This document shows positions 61,976 through 64,000 of a stretch of 64,000 bases of DNA, piece by piece. The stretch is taken from NCBI GenBank assembly GCA_963789265.1, contig CAWBKB010000001.1, positions 768,001 to 832,000 of the forward strand, given 5' to 3'. The notes under the pieces were generated by a model. That model was not told the DNA's origin and searched no databases. It worked only from the letters and a program-made list of their open reading frames with translations. The translations under genes were made by a program, and so were the position numbers. The DNA is from an uncultured delta proteobacterium (lineage in GTDB: Bacteria > Desulfobacterota > Desulfomonilia > Desulfomonilales > Desulfomonilaceae). Numbering within the stretch: the first letter of the stretch is position 1; the number at the start of each line of letters is the position of its first letter.

Positions 61976-63322
61976 ATGGCGACTAGGGAACTGGAGGATA
62001 CCTTTCGTTCAGTAGAAGAGTCTCTCATGCTTACAACCGCTCAGTTGCCCCCGTTCCCGACTGAGCGCGCTATACTTGCCGCGTTTCCTGAAATCGTTTC
62101 GTGTGGAGTACCACTTCAAAAGTCGGACTTTCTCTCCTGGGTCAATCTCACACTGGAAAACCCTGACGAGATATGGGAAAGTGACGGGCCTGCCGAGATA
62201 AGATTGTATCATTACTTGAATTACGTCGCAGACGAGGGCAAGGTGCCGTTGTTTGCAGTGGAAGTGGTCTGCGCGGATGAATTCATGGAGGTCAATAATT
62301 ACTCCCTGGTACTCCGGGAAGGCGAATTGAACCTGCTCCGAGCCGGCCATCTTGTGTATTCTCGTGCAATGGAATGGGAGCGAGAAAGAGTTATCAGCGC
62401 CTTGAACGAGAAGGCGCTTGCGAAATATGACGAACACCGTCTGGATGACGCGAGACAACTAATTGACGCGGCGATAAGGCTAAGCGGGGCGGGCAGTGCC
62501 TACTTGTTTAACAATCGTGGGCTTATCTGCTGGAAAATGGGCAAGACTGACCAGGCAAAGGCCGATTTTCGCGCCTCCATCAGTCTGGACCAGGGCAACG
62601 GAGATCCGTTCTTTAACATTGGTTTGATCTACTTCGACGAATCGGATTACAATCGAGCCCTCTATTATCTGCGGCGGGCGGTCGAGATTAACCCCGAGGA
62701 CAGCCAGTTCCTTACGGAGTTGGGGCACCTGTACTTGGAATTGGAGCGCGAAGAAGAGGCCCTGAAGTTGTTCAGGCAGGCATTTGAGAATGATCCCGAC
62801 GATGCGCAGGTCGATTTTCATCTCGGATACTACTTTCTGTACAAAAGGCGCGAACCCCGGGACGCGATAAAATACTATGCCAAAGGACTAAAGAAAGATC
62901 CGGAAGACCAGTTCGCATTGGCGGACCTCGCAGTCGCCCACTGGGTTTTGGGGAACACCCGAAAGACGCTGAAAATACACACGCGTCTTCAGCGATCCTC
63001 CCGCCTGATGCCATACACCATTAGCAGGCTAGTTTACCTAAACATGGAAATGGGAGATTACGAAGCCGCTCTGAAATATTATCGGCAGGCTTTGAGCCAG
63101 ACCGAACCGTTTGAGCCGGAATGGCTTCATTATAACGCGGCAATTGTTTATGCCAAGACGGGCCGTCCAAAGCAGGCCCTGGATATTTTGGACTTGGCTG
63201 TAAAAGCCGGCGGCGAAGCCGTGATCAAGCGCGCCCGGGCTGACAAGGCGTTGCAACCGCTCAAACGAATTCCCGACTTCAAGAAGTTGATCAAAATGCC
63301 TACGAAGCGCAGGATTCGCTGA
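61976..63322 (+). CDS. TPR protein with an N-terminal PBECR2-like segment
   Basis: LTLENPDEIW..YHY followed by several TPRs (NNRG, FNIGLIY, YNAA). Confidence 0.8.
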   Translation: MATRELEDTFRSVEESLMLTTAQLPPFPTERAILAAFPEIVSCGVPLQKSDFLSWVNLTLENPDEIWESDGPAEIRLYHYLNYVADEGKVPLFAVEVVCADEFMEVNNYSLVLREGELNLLRAGHLVYSRAMEWERERVISALNEKALAKYDEHRLDDARQLIDAAIRLSGAGSAYLFNNRGLICWKMGKTDQAKADFRASISLDQGNGDPFFNIGLIYFDESDYNRALYYLRRAVEINPEDSQFLTELGHLYLELEREEEALKLFRQAFENDPDDAQVDFHLGYYFLYKRREPRDAIKYYAKGLKKDPEDQFALADLAVAHWVLGNTRKTLKIHTRLQRSSRLMPYTISRLVYLNMEMGDYEAALKYYRQALSQTEPFEPEWLHYNAAIVYAKTGRPKQALDILDLAVKAGGEAVIKRARADKALQPLKRIPDFKKLIKMPTKRRIR

Positions 63323-63657
63323 GTTCCTGAGAAACCGGTCCCCCAGACTCTGAGAATTGACCTCATGCCTCGAGACTCTCACGCTCGATGGCCTTCCCAT
63401 TTCGTCATTGGGCGATGCAAGCTGTCAATTTTGCTTTGATTCCTGAAGCGGATGGATCTGTTTCAACCACAACGGCCCGTTACGCGGACCGTCAATGTAT
63501 TCCCAGCTTTCCGTATCCCGGGTTCACGACAGCCCCAAGCTTCGGCAACAACGCAAAACCCTGGTATGGTCACGAGCGAAAAAAAGGCGCTTGCGCTGAC
63601 GGTAAAGAGAACTTTATAGTTGCAGTCGTGTCAGCGCTTCACAGGATATCCTGATTC

Positions 63658-64000
63658 ATGGAAAACGACGCTCACTCTCTAAGGGAAGACCTCTATCGCG
63701 TCATTCAACATTACGCTGATTTGGCCGAATTGGCTAAGAAGGGAGAAGTCGACCCGCTTGGGCAAATCGGGAAAATTCTCAAAAAGACAGCCCCTTATCT
63801 TCTCATGGTCATACGAGACTTGCTGCCTCGGCTGGAACGGGATGAATTGACCTATTATGACATGCTCTTCAGCATTGTCAGGGCGGCCCAACAGTTTTCC
63901 GCGCTGGACGTACTCATTGACAGCCGAAAAGAGATCCAGAAGATCGAGAGTGACCAGAAACTCTTTCTCTGTGCGGTCAAGTGGCTGGACGCCCCAAGCA
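63658..64000 (+). CDS. Hypothetical helical protein, runs off the window end
   Basis: Open frame from ATG 63658: MENDAHSLREDLYRVIQHYADLAELAKKG... Confidence 0.65.
   Translation, partial: MENDAHSLREDLYRVIQHYADLAELAKKGEVDPLGQIGKILKKTAPYLLMVIRDLLPRLERDELTYYDMLFSIVRAAQQFSALDVLIDSRKEIQKIESDQKLFLCAVKWLDAPS

Noticed and set aside
63679..63891. 70-aa minus-strand ORF
   Set aside because: Antisense to a more protein-like open + strand frame starting at 63658
1..64000. CRISPR array, rRNA, prophage
   Set aside because: No regularly spaced repeats, rRNA-like sequence or phage structural genes seen

Overview
A 64-kb bacterial chromosome segment, mostly housekeeping genes. Gene content, codon style and a lineage-typical HTH repeat suggest an anaerobic deltaproteobacterium (Desulfomonile-like; inference). 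It contains metG, metXW, yceD-rpmF-fabD-fabG-acpP-fabF-rpiB-glyA, xseB-ispA-dxs, a sigma54 two-component pair, ruvX-mltG, rimI, hprK-rapZ-PTS IIA, tRNA-Val(GAC), infC, ahbB-hemL, a periplasmic [NiFe]-hydrogenase (S+L), gmk, a Deg protease, pdaD-speE-speB and rsmE. One complete accessory element is visible: a 3,716-bp IS1595-family transporter IS (6428-10143; perfect 24-bp TIRs, 8-bp TSD). It carries a DNA methyltransferase-Mrr-like fusion, two small ORFs and a structured non-coding segment. Intergenic regions hold several REP/MITE-like repeat families, some nested. About 13 genes breaks are all +1 single-base insertions, which points to systematic sequencing error rather than real pseudogenes. 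Best novelty candidates: (1) a small membrane protein ending C-P-S-UGA followed by a hairpin whose apex matches the E. coli fdhF SECIS (candidate CxxU selenoprotein co-oriented with a membrane polyferredoxin); (2) an orphan ~90-nt sRNA with an exposed anti-Shine-Dalgarno; (3) the cargo of the IS1595 element; (4) a hydrogenase large subunit with Trp at the canopy-Arg position; (5) a Zn-finger microprotein with a structured leader; (6) a PBECR2-like/TPR fusion. No CRISPR array or rRNA was seen.
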